Assembly (NCBI GenBank): GCA_902783765.1
Contig: CACZSB010000172.1
Location: forward strand, 1-38,213
DNA from: an uncultured Lachnospiraceae bacterium
GTDB taxonomy: Bacteria; Bacillota; Clostridia; Lachnospirales; Lachnospiraceae
Direction of reading: 5' to 3'
DNA: 38,213 bases
Positions 16,447-26,698 of the stretch are shown here, in pieces. Under the pieces are notes generated by a model. The model was not told where the DNA came from. It searched no databases and worked only from the letters and a program-made list of their open reading frames with translations. Both the position numbers and the translations under genes were made by a program. Numbering within the stretch: the first letter of the stretch is position 1; each line of letters opens with the position of its first letter.

Positions 16447-18750
16447 CTACGTCCTGGTCACATCCAAGACCCCGTCGATTTGCTGCAGGCGGGCGGTAAC
16501 GCCCCGGATTTCCTGGGTTCCGGTGGTCATAAACTGTAAATCCACCGAAGCCAGCCCCTGCTTATTCACCTTTGTGCTCAGGGAATTGATATTGATATTC
16601 ATTTCCGTAAGCACCCGGGAAATATCGGCCAGCATACCCAGACGATTATTTACATACAGCATCAAATTGGCCAGATAGCGTTCCTGCTTGGCGTTTTCAG
16701 GCAAATGCCATTCCGCCTCAATCAGGCGGCCCCGTTCGTCCACCGGCAGATTCATCACATTCACGCAATCCGTCCGGTGAACTGAAACCCCCCGGCCCCG
16801 AGTTACGAAGCCCACGATTTCATCTCCCGGAATGGGATTGCAGCAGCGGGAAAAGTGAACGGCCAGATCCTCCAGCCCTTCCACCACGATGCCCCCTTTG
16901 TTCTGGGGCAGACCCTTTCGGGCATTTTCCTGGGTGATTTCCAGCACCTGTTCATCGGTGATACTCCGCTGAACGTATTTACGGCGCTCATCCGCCAGCT
17001 TGTTAACCACCTGGCCTTCTTTAATACCCCCATGACCGATGGAGGCCAGCACTGCGGTCCATTCATTAAAACCGTATTTTTTCAGGACCTTGTCCATGTA
17101 TTCGGGCTTTAAGAGCTCCGAGAGCACATAGCCTTTGGCCTTGGCGCTGCGCTCCAATAACTCTTTGCCCTTTTCAATGTTTTCGTCCTTATTTTGTTCC
17201 TTGAACCATTGGTTGATTTTGTTTCGGGCCTGGGAGGACTTGACCATATTCAGCCAGTCCCGGCTGGGTCCCCGGGAGTTTTGGGAGGTGATGATTTCCA
17301 CCCGGTCACCGTTCCTTAGTCGATAATCGATGGGAACCAGCTTTTCATTGACCCGGGCTCCCACCATTTTATTCCCCACAGCAGAATGAATACTGTAGGC
17401 CAGGTCAATGGGCGTGGAGCCTGCCGGGAGGTTTTTCACGTCTCCCTTGGGGGTAAAACAGTAAACCGTATCCGCAAAAATGTCCAGGTCATTGCGGATG
17501 CTTTCCATAAATTCGTTATTGTCCGGCATCTCCCGCTGCCATTCCAGAATCTGACGGAGCCAGTTCAGCTTCTCTTCTTCCTTATTGACGCTGGTGCTGC
17601 CGCTTTCCTTGTATTTCCAGTGGGCCGCCACCCCGTATTCCGCCGTCCGATGCATCTCATAGGTCCGGATCTGGATTTCAAAGGGGATCCCGCTTTTCCC
17701 GATGACAGTGGTATGCAGGGACTGATACATATTGGCCTTGGGGATAGCGATATAATCCTTGAAACGGCCTGGAATAGGCATATACAGCTCATGGATAATC
17801 CCCAGGGCCGCATAGCAATCCTGCACGGAATCCACTAAAATCCGCACGGCAAAAAGATCGTAGATCTCATCCAGACTTTTCTGCTGGATGGTCATTTTTT
17901 TATATATACTGAAATAATGCTTCACCCGGCCGTAGACCTGGGCATTAATGCCCGAATCCTTCAGATGTCGGCCCACATCCTCCACGATTCCGTTAACAAA
18001 CTCTTCCCGGGAATGGGAACGCTCGTCGATATCGTGAACCAGTCGCGCATATTTTTCCGGCTCCAGGTACTGGAGGCTTAAATTATCCAGCTCCATTTTC
18101 AGCCGGAACATACCCAGGCGAGAAGCCAGGGGCGCATAGATATCCAGGGTCTCCGCAGCCTTTTCCTTTTGTTTTTCCGGCTTCTGATACTGGAGGGTCC
18201 GCATATTGTGGAGACGGTCCGCCAGTTTGATGATTATGATGCGGATATCCTTAGACATGGAAAGGAACATTTTCCGCAGGTTTTCCGCCTGCATCTCCAG
18301 CTTATCCGTGGTGCCTAAAGACAGCCTGGTCAATTTGGTGACGCCGTCCACCAGCAGGGCCACATCGGGGCCGAATTGATGTTCAATTTCCTCATGGGTC
18401 ACAGGAGTGTCTTCCACCACATCGTGCAAAAGCCCCGCCACAATGGATTCCTTATCCATTTCCAGCTCTGCCAGTATAATGGCCACATGAAGGGGGTGTA
18501 TAATATAGGGCGCCCCGGAACGGCGAAGCTGATTTCCATGGGCCTGGGCAGCCAGCTCATAGGCCTCCCGAACCTGCTGCATATCATCGGAGGGGTGATA
18601 GCGGCGAATGGTTTCCACCAGTTCCTCAAATAATTCTTCCGGAGGCCGCTCCGTATGATCCTGGGGCAGCACGTCCACATCGGAAATAGCCCGGAGAATA
18701 TGGTCGTCATTAATGGCGGCTATCTCAGATTTTAATTCATTATGAGCCAT
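16447..18750 (-). CDS. relA: Bifunctional (p)ppGpp synthetase/hydrolase (RelA/SpoT homologue)
   Basis: 767 aa. It contains the HD hydrolase domain ('HPLHVAIILA...LLHDVVEDT'), the synthetase domain ('YQSLHTTVIG...EIQIRT'), and TGS and C-terminal ACT regions. Confidence 0.95.
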   Translation of the reverse strand: MAHNELKSEIAAINDDHILRAISDVDVLPQDHTERPPEELFEELVETIRRYHPSDDMQQVREAYELAAQAHGNQLRRSGAPYIIHPLHVAIILAELEMDKESIVAGLLHDVVEDTPVTHEEIEHQFGPDVALLVDGVTKLTRLSLGTTDKLEMQAENLRKMFLSMSKDIRIIIIKLADRLHNMRTLQYQKPEKQKEKAAETLDIYAPLASRLGMFRLKMELDNLSLQYLEPEKYARLVHDIDERSHSREEFVNGIVEDVGRHLKDSGINAQVYGRVKHYFSIYKKMTIQQKSLDEIYDLFAVRILVDSVQDCYAALGIIHELYMPIPGRFKDYIAIPKANMYQSLHTTVIGKSGIPFEIQIRTYEMHRTAEYGVAAHWKYKESGSTSVNKEEEKLNWLRQILEWQREMPDNNEFMESIRNDLDIFADTVYCFTPKGDVKNLPAGSTPIDLAYSIHSAVGNKMVGARVNEKLVPIDYRLRNGDRVEIITSQNSRGPSRDWLNMVKSSQARNKINQWFKEQNKDENIEKGKELLERSAKAKGYVLSELLKPEYMDKVLKKYGFNEWTAVLASIGHGGIKEGQVVNKLADERRKYVQRSITDEQVLEITQENARKGLPQNKGGIVVEGLEDLAVHFSRCCNPIPGDEIVGFVTRGRGVSVHRTDCVNVMNLPVDERGRLIEAEWHLPENAKQERYLANLMLYVNNRLGMLADISRVLTEMNININSLSTKVNKQGLASVDLQFMTTGTQEIRGVTARLQQIDGVLDVTRT

Positions 18751-21700
18751 GATATCTCCTTTCCGGCAATTTCTTCTCCATGATTTTGACCCGCTCAGAT
18801 CCGTAGGCTTCCAAAAGCTGGTTTTCCGAAGCTTCTGTCAGTTTAATGCCCTTGACCCCGGGCAGCTGCTTGCTTTGCCGCTCTTCCTTCAGCACCACCA
18901 CGCAGGAGGCGCCTCCCAGCATTTTCAAAAGCCGGTGCTCTTCCCTTTGGTAATCCTGACGGTTCTCAAAGAGCACATAGGGCTCCTTTTCCATCTCATC
19001 AAAGGGAATAATCATTTCGCAAAGGAGCTTGCCCTTGGGATCATCTCCCAGGGATACCCGTCCCCGAATGAAAACGCGGCTGCCCTCCCGGGCTTTTTCC
19101 CGAAAGCTCTCCGTTTCCCGGGGGAAACAGAGTACTTCGATGCTGTCGCTCATATCCTCCAGCTCCAGGATCATCATACTGGCACCGTTTCGGGTATTTT
19201 TAAGGCTTTGTTTTTCCACCAGCCCCCCCACAATAACCGTGCTGCCGTCCCGAACAGCGGCCTCGCCGCTTTCCTCGTCCACATTGAAATCCGAAAGCCG
19301 AGCGGTGATATTGCGGCGTAAAATATCCGCATATTCTTCTAAGGGATGCCCGCTGGCATAATGTCCCAGAACGATCTTTTCATAGCCCAGTCTTTCACTG
19401 AAGGAATATTCGGGAATATCCGGAAAAGGCACATCCATCCGTCGCCGTTCAGTTTCGTCCACCATATCGAAAAGACTCATCTGTCCTTCCAGACCATCTT
19501 TTTTACGACGTTGGGCCGCATCCATCATTTCCGCAAATACCGCAATCTTTTGACTGCGATAGCCGGGAAAGCTGTCAAAAGCGCCGGCATATATCAGACT
19601 TTCCAGGGTCCGTTTGTTTATCTCCCGGCTATTCATCCGCTGAATAAAATCGGAAAGATCCGTAAAGCGTCCCCGGGAGGTCCGCTCAGCCAAAATCATA
19701 TCCACCACACTGCGGCCGATGCCCTTGATGGCCGTCAAACCGTAGCGGATGCCCGACTCGGAGGGGGAAAAACCATAGCTGCTTTCATTGATATCCGGAG
19801 GTAAAATAGGGATATCCATCTGGCGGCACACGGAGATATATTCCGACACCTTGCTGCTCACATCCATCACGGAGCTTAAAAGAGCCGCCATATAATCCGC
19901 AGGATAATAGGTTTTCAAATAAGCAGTCTGGTAAGCAATCACAGCATAGCCCGCCGCATGGGAACGGTTAAAGGCATACTGGGCAAAATCCATCATGCGG
20001 TCAAAAATCTGATTGGCTGCCGACTCGGAAATACCTCGCTTCAAACATCCCGGGACTCCCTCTTCGGGATTGCCGTATACAAAGTTCTGCCGTTCCTGCT
20101 TCATAACGGCCTCTTTTTTCTTACTCATGGCCCGGCGAACCAGGTCGCTGCGTCCCAGGGAATAGCCGCCCAGATCCCGCACGATTTGCATTACCTGTTC
20201 CTGATAAACCATACAGCCGTAGGTATCGGAAAGGATGGGTTCCAGTTCGGGGGTGATATAGCGGATGCTGCCGGGATTCTTTTTCCCCCGGATATAATCC
20301 GGTATAAAGCTCATGGGGCCGGGCCGATAGAGGGAAATCCCTGCAATCAGGTCCTCGATATTATCGGGCTTCAATTCCTTCATGAAGCTTTTCATGCCCC
20401 CGGATTCCAACTGGAAAATCCCGTCGGTGCGTCCGGAAGCAATGGTTTCATATACCCGGTGATCGTCAAAGGGCAGACGGTCGAAATCAATATCCGGGCC
20501 GCCCCGATTTTTTATGTGATCTAAAGCATCCCGAATGACCGTTAGCGTTCTGAGGCCTAAAAAATCCATTTTTAAGAGGCCCAGTTCCTCAATGGTGGTC
20601 ATGGGGAATTGGGTGGTAAGCTGGCCGTCTGCGCTGCGGGATAAGGGTACAAAATGATAAGCCGGCTCCCCGCAGATGACCACCCCTGCCGCATGGGTGG
20701 AGGCGTGCCGGGGCAGCCCCTCCAGCTGTCTGGCGAAGGAAATAATACGGCCCACCCGTTCATCCTGTTCCGCCAGTTCCCTCAGTTCACGGCTTTCCGC
20801 CAACGCTTCATCCAGGGTAATATTCTTTCCGTTCTGTCCCCGGGGCACCAGTTTGGCCACCTGGTCACAAAGGGCATAGGGATAATCCAGCACCCGGCCC
20901 ACATCTCGAATCACCCCCCGGGCCTGGAGGGTGCCGAAGGTGGCAATCTGAACCACAGAATCCTGACCGTATTTTTCTGTCACATATTCGATGACCTGGT
21001 CCCGCTGTTCATAGCAGAAATCAATGTCGATATCCGGCATACTGATCCGTTCCGGGTTTAAAAAGCGTTCAAAAAGGAGCTTATAGCCTAAAGGGTCGAT
21101 ATTGGTGATTTTTAAGGCATAGGCCACCAGAGAACCGGCGCCGGAGCCCCGTCCCGGTCCCACGGGAATATCATGGGATCTGGCAAAGTTAACAAAATCC
21201 CAGACAATCAGGAAATAATCCACATAGCCCATATTGCTGATGACACTCAGTTCGTAACGCAGTCGTTCCGAGATGTCATGGTCAATATGGTCATAACGTT
21301 CTTTCAGCCCTTCCTGGCAAAGGTATTCCAGATAGGAATCGGCTGTAAACCCCTCCGGCACCTGGTATTTTGGCAGCTTGGTAACCCCAAATTCCAACTC
21401 CACCTGGCAGCGCCATGCAATTTCATGGCTTCGCTCCAGGGCTTCGGGGGCATAGGGGAACAGGGCCTTCATCTCTTCTTCCGACTTTAGATAAAACTGC
21501 CCTCCCTCATAACGAAGCCGATCCGTATCGCTGAGTTTTTTTCCCGTCTGCACACAGAGAAGCAGATCGTGGGCCTCCACATCGGAATCATATATATAAT
21601 GCACATCATTGGTGGCCACCAGGGGGATTCCTGTTTCCTTTGATAGACGCAGGAGGCCGCTGTTGACTTCCCGCTGCTCGGGATAACCGTGGTCCTGCAG

Positions 21701-22222
21701 CTCCAGAAAATAATTATTTTGCCCGAAAATATCCCGGTACTCCAGGGCTGTTTCCCGTGCCTCCTCATAAAGACCTTTCAGAAGCTTTCGCTGGACCTCT
21801 CCGGCCAGACAGGCGGAAAGGCAAATAATGCCCTGACTGTATTTTTGCAGCACTTCCCGGTCCACCCGGGGCCGGTAATAGAAACCGTCCATAAAGCCCA
21901 GGGAAACAATATGCATGAGGTTTTCATAACCCTGATTGTTTTCGGCCAGCAGAATCAGATGATGATAACGCTCCTCTCCTGCCCCGGCTTCCCGATCCAG
22001 CCGGGAGCCCGGCGCCACATACACCTCACAGCCCAGCACCGGATGAATGCCTTCTGCCCGGCAGGCCTTATAAAACTCCACCACACCATACATGACCCCA
22101 TGGTCTGTGATAGCCAGGGAGTCCATACCTAACGCTTTGGCGCGACGGACCAGCTCCCGGACTTTGCAAAAGCCGTCCAGCAAACTGTATTCCGTATGAA
22201 GATGCAGGTGGGTAAAAGCCAT
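18740..22222 (-). CDS. dnaE: DNA polymerase III alpha subunit (DnaE type)
   Basis: 1160 aa with the PHP domain 'FTHLHLHTEYSLLDG', 'GPGRGSGAGSLVAYALKIT', 'MPDIDIDF' and a C-terminal OB fold. The length is normal, so there is no intein. Confidence 0.96.
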   Translation of the reverse strand: MAFTHLHLHTEYSLLDGFCKVRELVRRAKALGMDSLAITDHGVMYGVVEFYKACRAEGIHPVLGCEVYVAPGSRLDREAGAGEERYHHLILLAENNQGYENLMHIVSLGFMDGFYYRPRVDREVLQKYSQGIICLSACLAGEVQRKLLKGLYEEARETALEYRDIFGQNNYFLELQDHGYPEQREVNSGLLRLSKETGIPLVATNDVHYIYDSDVEAHDLLLCVQTGKKLSDTDRLRYEGGQFYLKSEEEMKALFPYAPEALERSHEIAWRCQVELEFGVTKLPKYQVPEGFTADSYLEYLCQEGLKERYDHIDHDISERLRYELSVISNMGYVDYFLIVWDFVNFARSHDIPVGPGRGSGAGSLVAYALKITNIDPLGYKLLFERFLNPERISMPDIDIDFCYEQRDQVIEYVTEKYGQDSVVQIATFGTLQARGVIRDVGRVLDYPYALCDQVAKLVPRGQNGKNITLDEALAESRELRELAEQDERVGRIISFARQLEGLPRHASTHAAGVVICGEPAYHFVPLSRSADGQLTTQFPMTTIEELGLLKMDFLGLRTLTVIRDALDHIKNRGGPDIDFDRLPFDDHRVYETIASGRTDGIFQLESGGMKSFMKELKPDNIEDLIAGISLYRPGPMSFIPDYIRGKKNPGSIRYITPELEPILSDTYGCMVYQEQVMQIVRDLGGYSLGRSDLVRRAMSKKKEAVMKQERQNFVYGNPEEGVPGCLKRGISESAANQIFDRMMDFAQYAFNRSHAAGYAVIAYQTAYLKTYYPADYMAALLSSVMDVSSKVSEYISVCRQMDIPILPPDINESSYGFSPSESGIRYGLTAIKGIGRSVVDMILAERTSRGRFTDLSDFIQRMNSREINKRTLESLIYAGAFDSFPGYRSQKIAVFAEMMDAAQRRKKDGLEGQMSLFDMVDETERRRMDVPFPDIPEYSFSERLGYEKIVLGHYASGHPLEEYADILRRNITARLSDFNVDEESGEAAVRDGSTVIVGGLVEKQSLKNTRNGASMMILELEDMSDSIEVLCFPRETESFREKAREGSRVFIRGRVSLGDDPKGKLLCEMIIPFDEMEKEPYVLFENRQDYQREEHRLLKMLGGASCVVVLKEERQSKQLPGVKGIKLTEASENQLLEAYGSERVKIMEKKLPERRYHGS

Positions 22223-22225
22223 GGA

Positions 22226-23095
22226 TTATTCTTCCTCAAACATTTTCTTTACAAAAGTTGCGGCCTGGAACTTTTCCAGATCCCCCAGCTTTTCGCCGGT
22301 ACCGGCGTAAAGAATGGGAATCTCCAGTTCCAGCTGAACACTGATTACCACGCCCCCCTTGGCCGTACCATCCAGTTTGGTGAGAATTATGCCGTCCACA
22401 TTGGTTACTTCCGAAAAGGCCTTGGCCTGGTTCAAAGCGTTCTGACCGGTGGTGGCATCCAATACGATAAGGCTGCGGACCGTATAACCGGCTCCGGCCT
22501 TTTCCACCACCCGATGCATTTTCTCCAGTTCCTGCATCAGATTTTTCTTGTTATGAAGTCGACCGGCGGTATCACAAAGAATAACATCGGTATTCCGGGC
22601 TTTGGCTGCAGCAATGGCATCATAAAGCACCGCAGAGGGGTCGGCACCTTCATGTTGGGAAACCATTTCCGCACCGGCCCGACGGGCCCAGACGCCCAGC
22701 TGATCCGCCGCGCCCGCCCGAAAGGTGTCCGCCGCCGCCATCATTACGCTTTTTCCCTCATTCCGGAGGGCATAAGCCAGTTTACCGATACTGGTGGTCT
22801 TTCCCACGCCGTTCACCCCGCTGATAAAAATCAGTGCTTTTTCCTTTTCCCAGGGATAATCCGGCTTCAAGATACTCATTTGCTCGGATAACTGCTCTTC
22901 CAACAGCTTTTTCAGCTGAGAGGTTTGCAAAAGCTGTCGGTCCCAGGCTTCGTTTTTCAGGCGGTTCACCACCAGTTCGGCAGTCTCCATGCCCACATCG
23001 CTTAGAATCAGGCGCTCTTCCAGTTCCTCGTAAAACTCTTCCGATATGTCGGAAACTGTAAACAGATTCCGTAATTTGTCAAAAAAACCTGCCAT
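22226..23095 (-). CDS. ftsY: Signal recognition particle receptor FtsY (short form, no acidic A-domain)
   Basis: 289 aa with 'GVNGVGKTTSIGKLA', 'DTAGR' and 'TKLDGTAKGG'. Confidence 0.95.
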   Translation of the reverse strand: MAGFFDKLRNLFTVSDISEEFYEELEERLILSDVGMETAELVVNRLKNEAWDRQLLQTSQLKKLLEEQLSEQMSILKPDYPWEKEKALIFISGVNGVGKTTSIGKLAYALRNEGKSVMMAAADTFRAGAADQLGVWARRAGAEMVSQHEGADPSAVLYDAIAAAKARNTDVILCDTAGRLHNKKNLMQELEKMHRVVEKAGAGYTVRSLIVLDATTGQNALNQAKAFSEVTNVDGIILTKLDGTAKGGVVISVQLELEIPILYAGTGEKLGDLEKFQAATFVKKMFEEE

Positions 23096-23096
23096 A

Positions 23097-26000
23097 TCAA
23101 TCCTCTTCGTCTAAAATTGCCTTGCTGGCGGGGTCCGTCAGATTTACGGAAACCAGGGCGGAAACCCCTTTCTCCTGCATGGTGATGCCATACAGCCGGT
23201 CCGCCATTTCCATGGTGCCCCGCCGATGGGTAATAATCAAAAACTGCGTGGCGTTCCGAAGCCGGAACAAATAATCCGCAAAACGCTTTACATTGGGTTC
23301 GTCCAGAGCTGCCTCGATTTCGTCCAGCAGACAGAAAGGGGAGGGCTTCAAATTCTGGATGGCAAATAACAGGGCAATGGCGGTTAACGCCTTCTCGCCG
23401 CCGGAAAGCTGGAGCATATTCTGAAGCTTTTTGCCCGGTGGCTGGGCATTGATAATCACCCCGGAGGATAAAACATCCTCCTCATTGTCCAAAGAGATGG
23501 AGCCGCGGCCGCCCCCAAACAATTCGCTGAAAACCTTGGAAAACTCCTGCTGGATTAGGGCGAATTGCTCTTTAAACTGCTCACGCATCCCCTTTTCCAG
23601 GTCCCGGATCATGTTTAGAAGCTCCTCTTCTGCTTTTACCAGGTCCTGCTGCTGATTCTTTAAAAACTCGTACCGCTCGGAAACCTCCTTATACTTTTCA
23701 ATGGCCTCCACGTATACCGGCCCCAGCTCCTTGATTTCCCGTTTTTTCTGGGCAATAAAGCGTCTGGCTTCAGCGGGATTCACCAATTCCGTATTCCGCT
23801 CGGCCTTGGCCTGGGAAGGGGTCATTTCGTATTCATTCCACAGATATTCTGCCTGTTTTTCAATTTCCTCTTCCAGACGTTGTTCAGCGGAATCCAAACG
23901 GAAATGCTCCTTGTCCAAATCCGTCAGCCGGCTGCCCAGGGCCTCCCGCGCTTCGAAGATATCCTGAAGCTGCTGGCGTTTTTCCTCCTTCAGCAGGGTC
24001 TTTTCTTCATATTCCTGTTCCAGCTGGACCACCGCAGCGCCCACCGCCTCAATATCGGCCTTTAACTGAAGAATCTCTGCTTCCCGCTCCCGAATCACAT
24101 CTCCCACGGAGGTCAATCCCTCGGTAAGCTCCTGTTTTTCCTCCTGAATGCGGTGAATCTCATCATTGGAACGGCGGACACTTTCCAATAAAAACTCCCC
24201 TTTTTGGGTCAGATTGGAAAAGATAAGCCTCAATTCCTCCAGCTTATGGCTGTGATCCTGGGCGCCGGCTTTCACATGGTCCAACTCCACCGCCAGTTCC
24301 ATCACATTTTTGCGCAGCATTTCATGGTCCTCGTTGAGATCATCCACACTGCGATTCATTTGGCTTCGCTGATCCGCCAGGGACGATTGATCCTGTCGGA
24401 TGCGGTTTACTTCTTGATCTTGTCCCAAAAGCCGCTGACCCAAACGTTCGGCTTCCTGTTTCTGGCTGTTTCTCTGGGCCTCCAGGGCCGCCTTTTTCAA
24501 TTGCAGCTCCTGAATCGCTTCTTCTTCCTTTTTCAGACGCTGAGAAAGGATTTCTGCATCCATACCCAGGCCGGTGAGGGATTCTGTCAGCTCCTTTTGA
24601 CGCTGTTTCAGTTCCTTTTCCTTCTTATCTGCCTCTTCCAGTTCACGCCGGCGTCCCAGCAGATTGGAATTGCTTTTATATGCGCCTCCGGAAATAACAC
24701 CTCCCGGGGTCAGATATTCCCCCTCCAGTGTTACAATAGACAATTTATGATTGTATTTCCGGGCTATGCTCAGGGCATGTTCAATATGATCCACCACCAG
24801 CGCCTGACCCAGCAAAAATTGAACCACCGCTTCATATCGTTTGTTGTATTTCACCAGGGAAGCAGCGGTACCCAGGGCGCCCTTTTCCTGTAAAGCTTCC
24901 GGCCGGGCCAGGCTGCGGCCCTCCTTTACGGAATCCAGGGGCAGGAAAGTGGCCCGTCCCAGTCGTTCCCGCTTCAGATATTGGATAATATCCTTGGCCT
25001 GCTCTTCTGTTTCGGTGACAATATTCTGAATCCGGGCCCCCAGCACAGTTTCCAGGGCGGTTTCGTATTTCTTTTCCGTACTGATCAAATCCGCAATGAC
25101 GCCGCAGACCCCGGAAAAATCCTTTTTACGGTCCATAATGGCTTTAACGCTTCCGCCGTAACCATCATACCGTTCAATCAGATTGGATAAATGTTCCTTC
25201 ACATTGGCCAGAACGCTGAGCTCCGCCCGAGTATTGTGGAGTTCATCCTCATCGCGGCGGATATTCTGCCGCACTTTTTCGCGCTCCTGACGCTGATCCG
25301 CCAGCACTGTTTCCCGGCTGCTGATGTCCTTTTGAATCTTATCCACGTCCTGATACAGTTTCTGAAGGCGACTTTCCAATTCCTGATGGAGGGTCCGGCT
25401 TCCAGCCATTTCCTGTTCCAGGGCATCTAAGCGTAATTGATTCTGCTCCTCCCGGGTATCCAGAGAAGCCAGACTGCTGCTGATGGCCGCTTTCCGATCC
25501 AGGGATTCCAGGATGGCCTTATTTCCCTGATCGATTTGATATTCCAAATCCCGGACCGTTTCCTGTACCGTTTCCTCCGCCTCTTCCAGGGTGGAAATCT
25601 GGTCGTCAATATCATCCAGCTGCTGGTCCACCTCATTTTTCTGGCGGTAAAAGCCTTCCCGTTCCTCTTCCGCCCGGTGAATTGCGGCATCATAATCCCG
25701 CAGTCTTTCATCCACCAGATCGGAATTGGTTTCCGCGGCTTTTATTTGCTCCTCCAGCAGACTAATACGGCCTTCCCGGCTTTCGTTTTCCACCCGCAGG
25801 TCCGCCAGCTGGGCCTGACTTCGAATCAGCCATTTTTCCAGTTCATCGTTTTCCTCGGAAAGGGTATCAAAACGTTCCTTCAGCTGGCCGGATTCCTGCC
25901 GGGCCTGCTCCAAATCGCCGCTTACCATCGCCAGATTCTGCCGGGCGGCATTGAGCTTTTTCTCCAGCTCGTCCGCTTCCAGGGCAAAGACACCCACTTC

Positions 26001-26675
26001 ATATTCCTTAAGTTCATCCCGCAGCTTCAAATAGGTTTTGGCTTTCTGGGATTGCTTTTCCAGGGGCCCCACCTGCTTTTCCAGTTCCCCCAGAATGTCT
26101 TCCACCCGTTCCCGGGCATTTCTTTCGGATTCCAGCTTTTTCAAACTGATATCCCGGCGCTTTTTAAAACGAACAATGCCGGCTGCCTCATCAAACATCA
26201 GCCGGCGCTCCTCCGGTTTATTGGAAAGCACCTGGTCAATTTGTCCCTGACCGATTATGGAATAGCCTTCTTTTCCGATACCGGAGTCATAAAATGTTTC
26301 ATAAATCTCCCGGAGACGGCAAAGGTTTCCGTTTAAACGATACTCGCTCTCGCCGGATCGAAAGACCTGGCGGGATACCACCACTTCGTCATAATCCAGG
26401 GGAAGGGCCCGGTCCTGATTATCTATGGTCAGCGAAACGTAAGCATAGCTCATGGGACGACGGTTCTCCGTACCGGAGAAAATCACGTCCTGCATATTGC
26501 TGCCCCGCAGCTGTCTTGCGCTTTGCTCGCCCAGGACCCAGCGGACAGCGTCCGCCACATTACTTTTTCCGCTTCCGTTCGGGCCCACAATACCCATAAT
26601 CCCGGGGGTGAATTCCATCACGGCCCGGTTGGCAAAGGATTTAAAGCCCTGTGTTTCAATCTTTTTTAAATACAT
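23097..26675 (-). CDS. smc: Chromosome partition protein Smc
   Basis: 1192 aa with Walker A 'GPNGSGKSNV', long coiled coils flanking a hinge, the signature 'LSGGEKALTAIALLFA' and Walker B 'CLLDEIEAALD'. Confidence 0.96.
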   Translation of the reverse strand: MYLKKIETQGFKSFANRAVMEFTPGIMGIVGPNGSGKSNVADAVRWVLGEQSARQLRGSNMQDVIFSGTENRRPMSYAYVSLTIDNQDRALPLDYDEVVVSRQVFRSGESEYRLNGNLCRLREIYETFYDSGIGKEGYSIIGQGQIDQVLSNKPEERRLMFDEAAGIVRFKKRRDISLKKLESERNARERVEDILGELEKQVGPLEKQSQKAKTYLKLRDELKEYEVGVFALEADELEKKLNAARQNLAMVSGDLEQARQESGQLKERFDTLSEENDELEKWLIRSQAQLADLRVENESREGRISLLEEQIKAAETNSDLVDERLRDYDAAIHRAEEEREGFYRQKNEVDQQLDDIDDQISTLEEAEETVQETVRDLEYQIDQGNKAILESLDRKAAISSSLASLDTREEQNQLRLDALEQEMAGSRTLHQELESRLQKLYQDVDKIQKDISSRETVLADQRQEREKVRQNIRRDEDELHNTRAELSVLANVKEHLSNLIERYDGYGGSVKAIMDRKKDFSGVCGVIADLISTEKKYETALETVLGARIQNIVTETEEQAKDIIQYLKRERLGRATFLPLDSVKEGRSLARPEALQEKGALGTAASLVKYNKRYEAVVQFLLGQALVVDHIEHALSIARKYNHKLSIVTLEGEYLTPGGVISGGAYKSNSNLLGRRRELEEADKKEKELKQRQKELTESLTGLGMDAEILSQRLKKEEEAIQELQLKKAALEAQRNSQKQEAERLGQRLLGQDQEVNRIRQDQSSLADQRSQMNRSVDDLNEDHEMLRKNVMELAVELDHVKAGAQDHSHKLEELRLIFSNLTQKGEFLLESVRRSNDEIHRIQEEKQELTEGLTSVGDVIREREAEILQLKADIEAVGAAVVQLEQEYEEKTLLKEEKRQQLQDIFEAREALGSRLTDLDKEHFRLDSAEQRLEEEIEKQAEYLWNEYEMTPSQAKAERNTELVNPAEARRFIAQKKREIKELGPVYVEAIEKYKEVSERYEFLKNQQQDLVKAEEELLNMIRDLEKGMREQFKEQFALIQQEFSKVFSELFGGGRGSISLDNEEDVLSSGVIINAQPPGKKLQNMLQLSGGEKALTAIALLFAIQNLKPSPFCLLDEIEAALDEPNVKRFADYLFRLRNATQFLIITHRRGTMEMADRLYGITMQEKGVSALVSVNLTDPASKAILDEED

Positions 26676-26698
26676 CTCCCAGCTCCGACGGAAGGAAA

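Noticed and set aside
25437-26336. 299-aa plus-strand ORF, with neighbours at 24204-24893 and 23701-23967, lying antisense to smc
   Set aside because: It lies entirely inside the well-supported smc coiled-coil region. The reverse complement of Glu/Gln/Leu/Lys-rich codons is naturally stop-poor. The translation is low-complexity (Leu/Phe/Gln-rich) with no recognisable motif or RBS.
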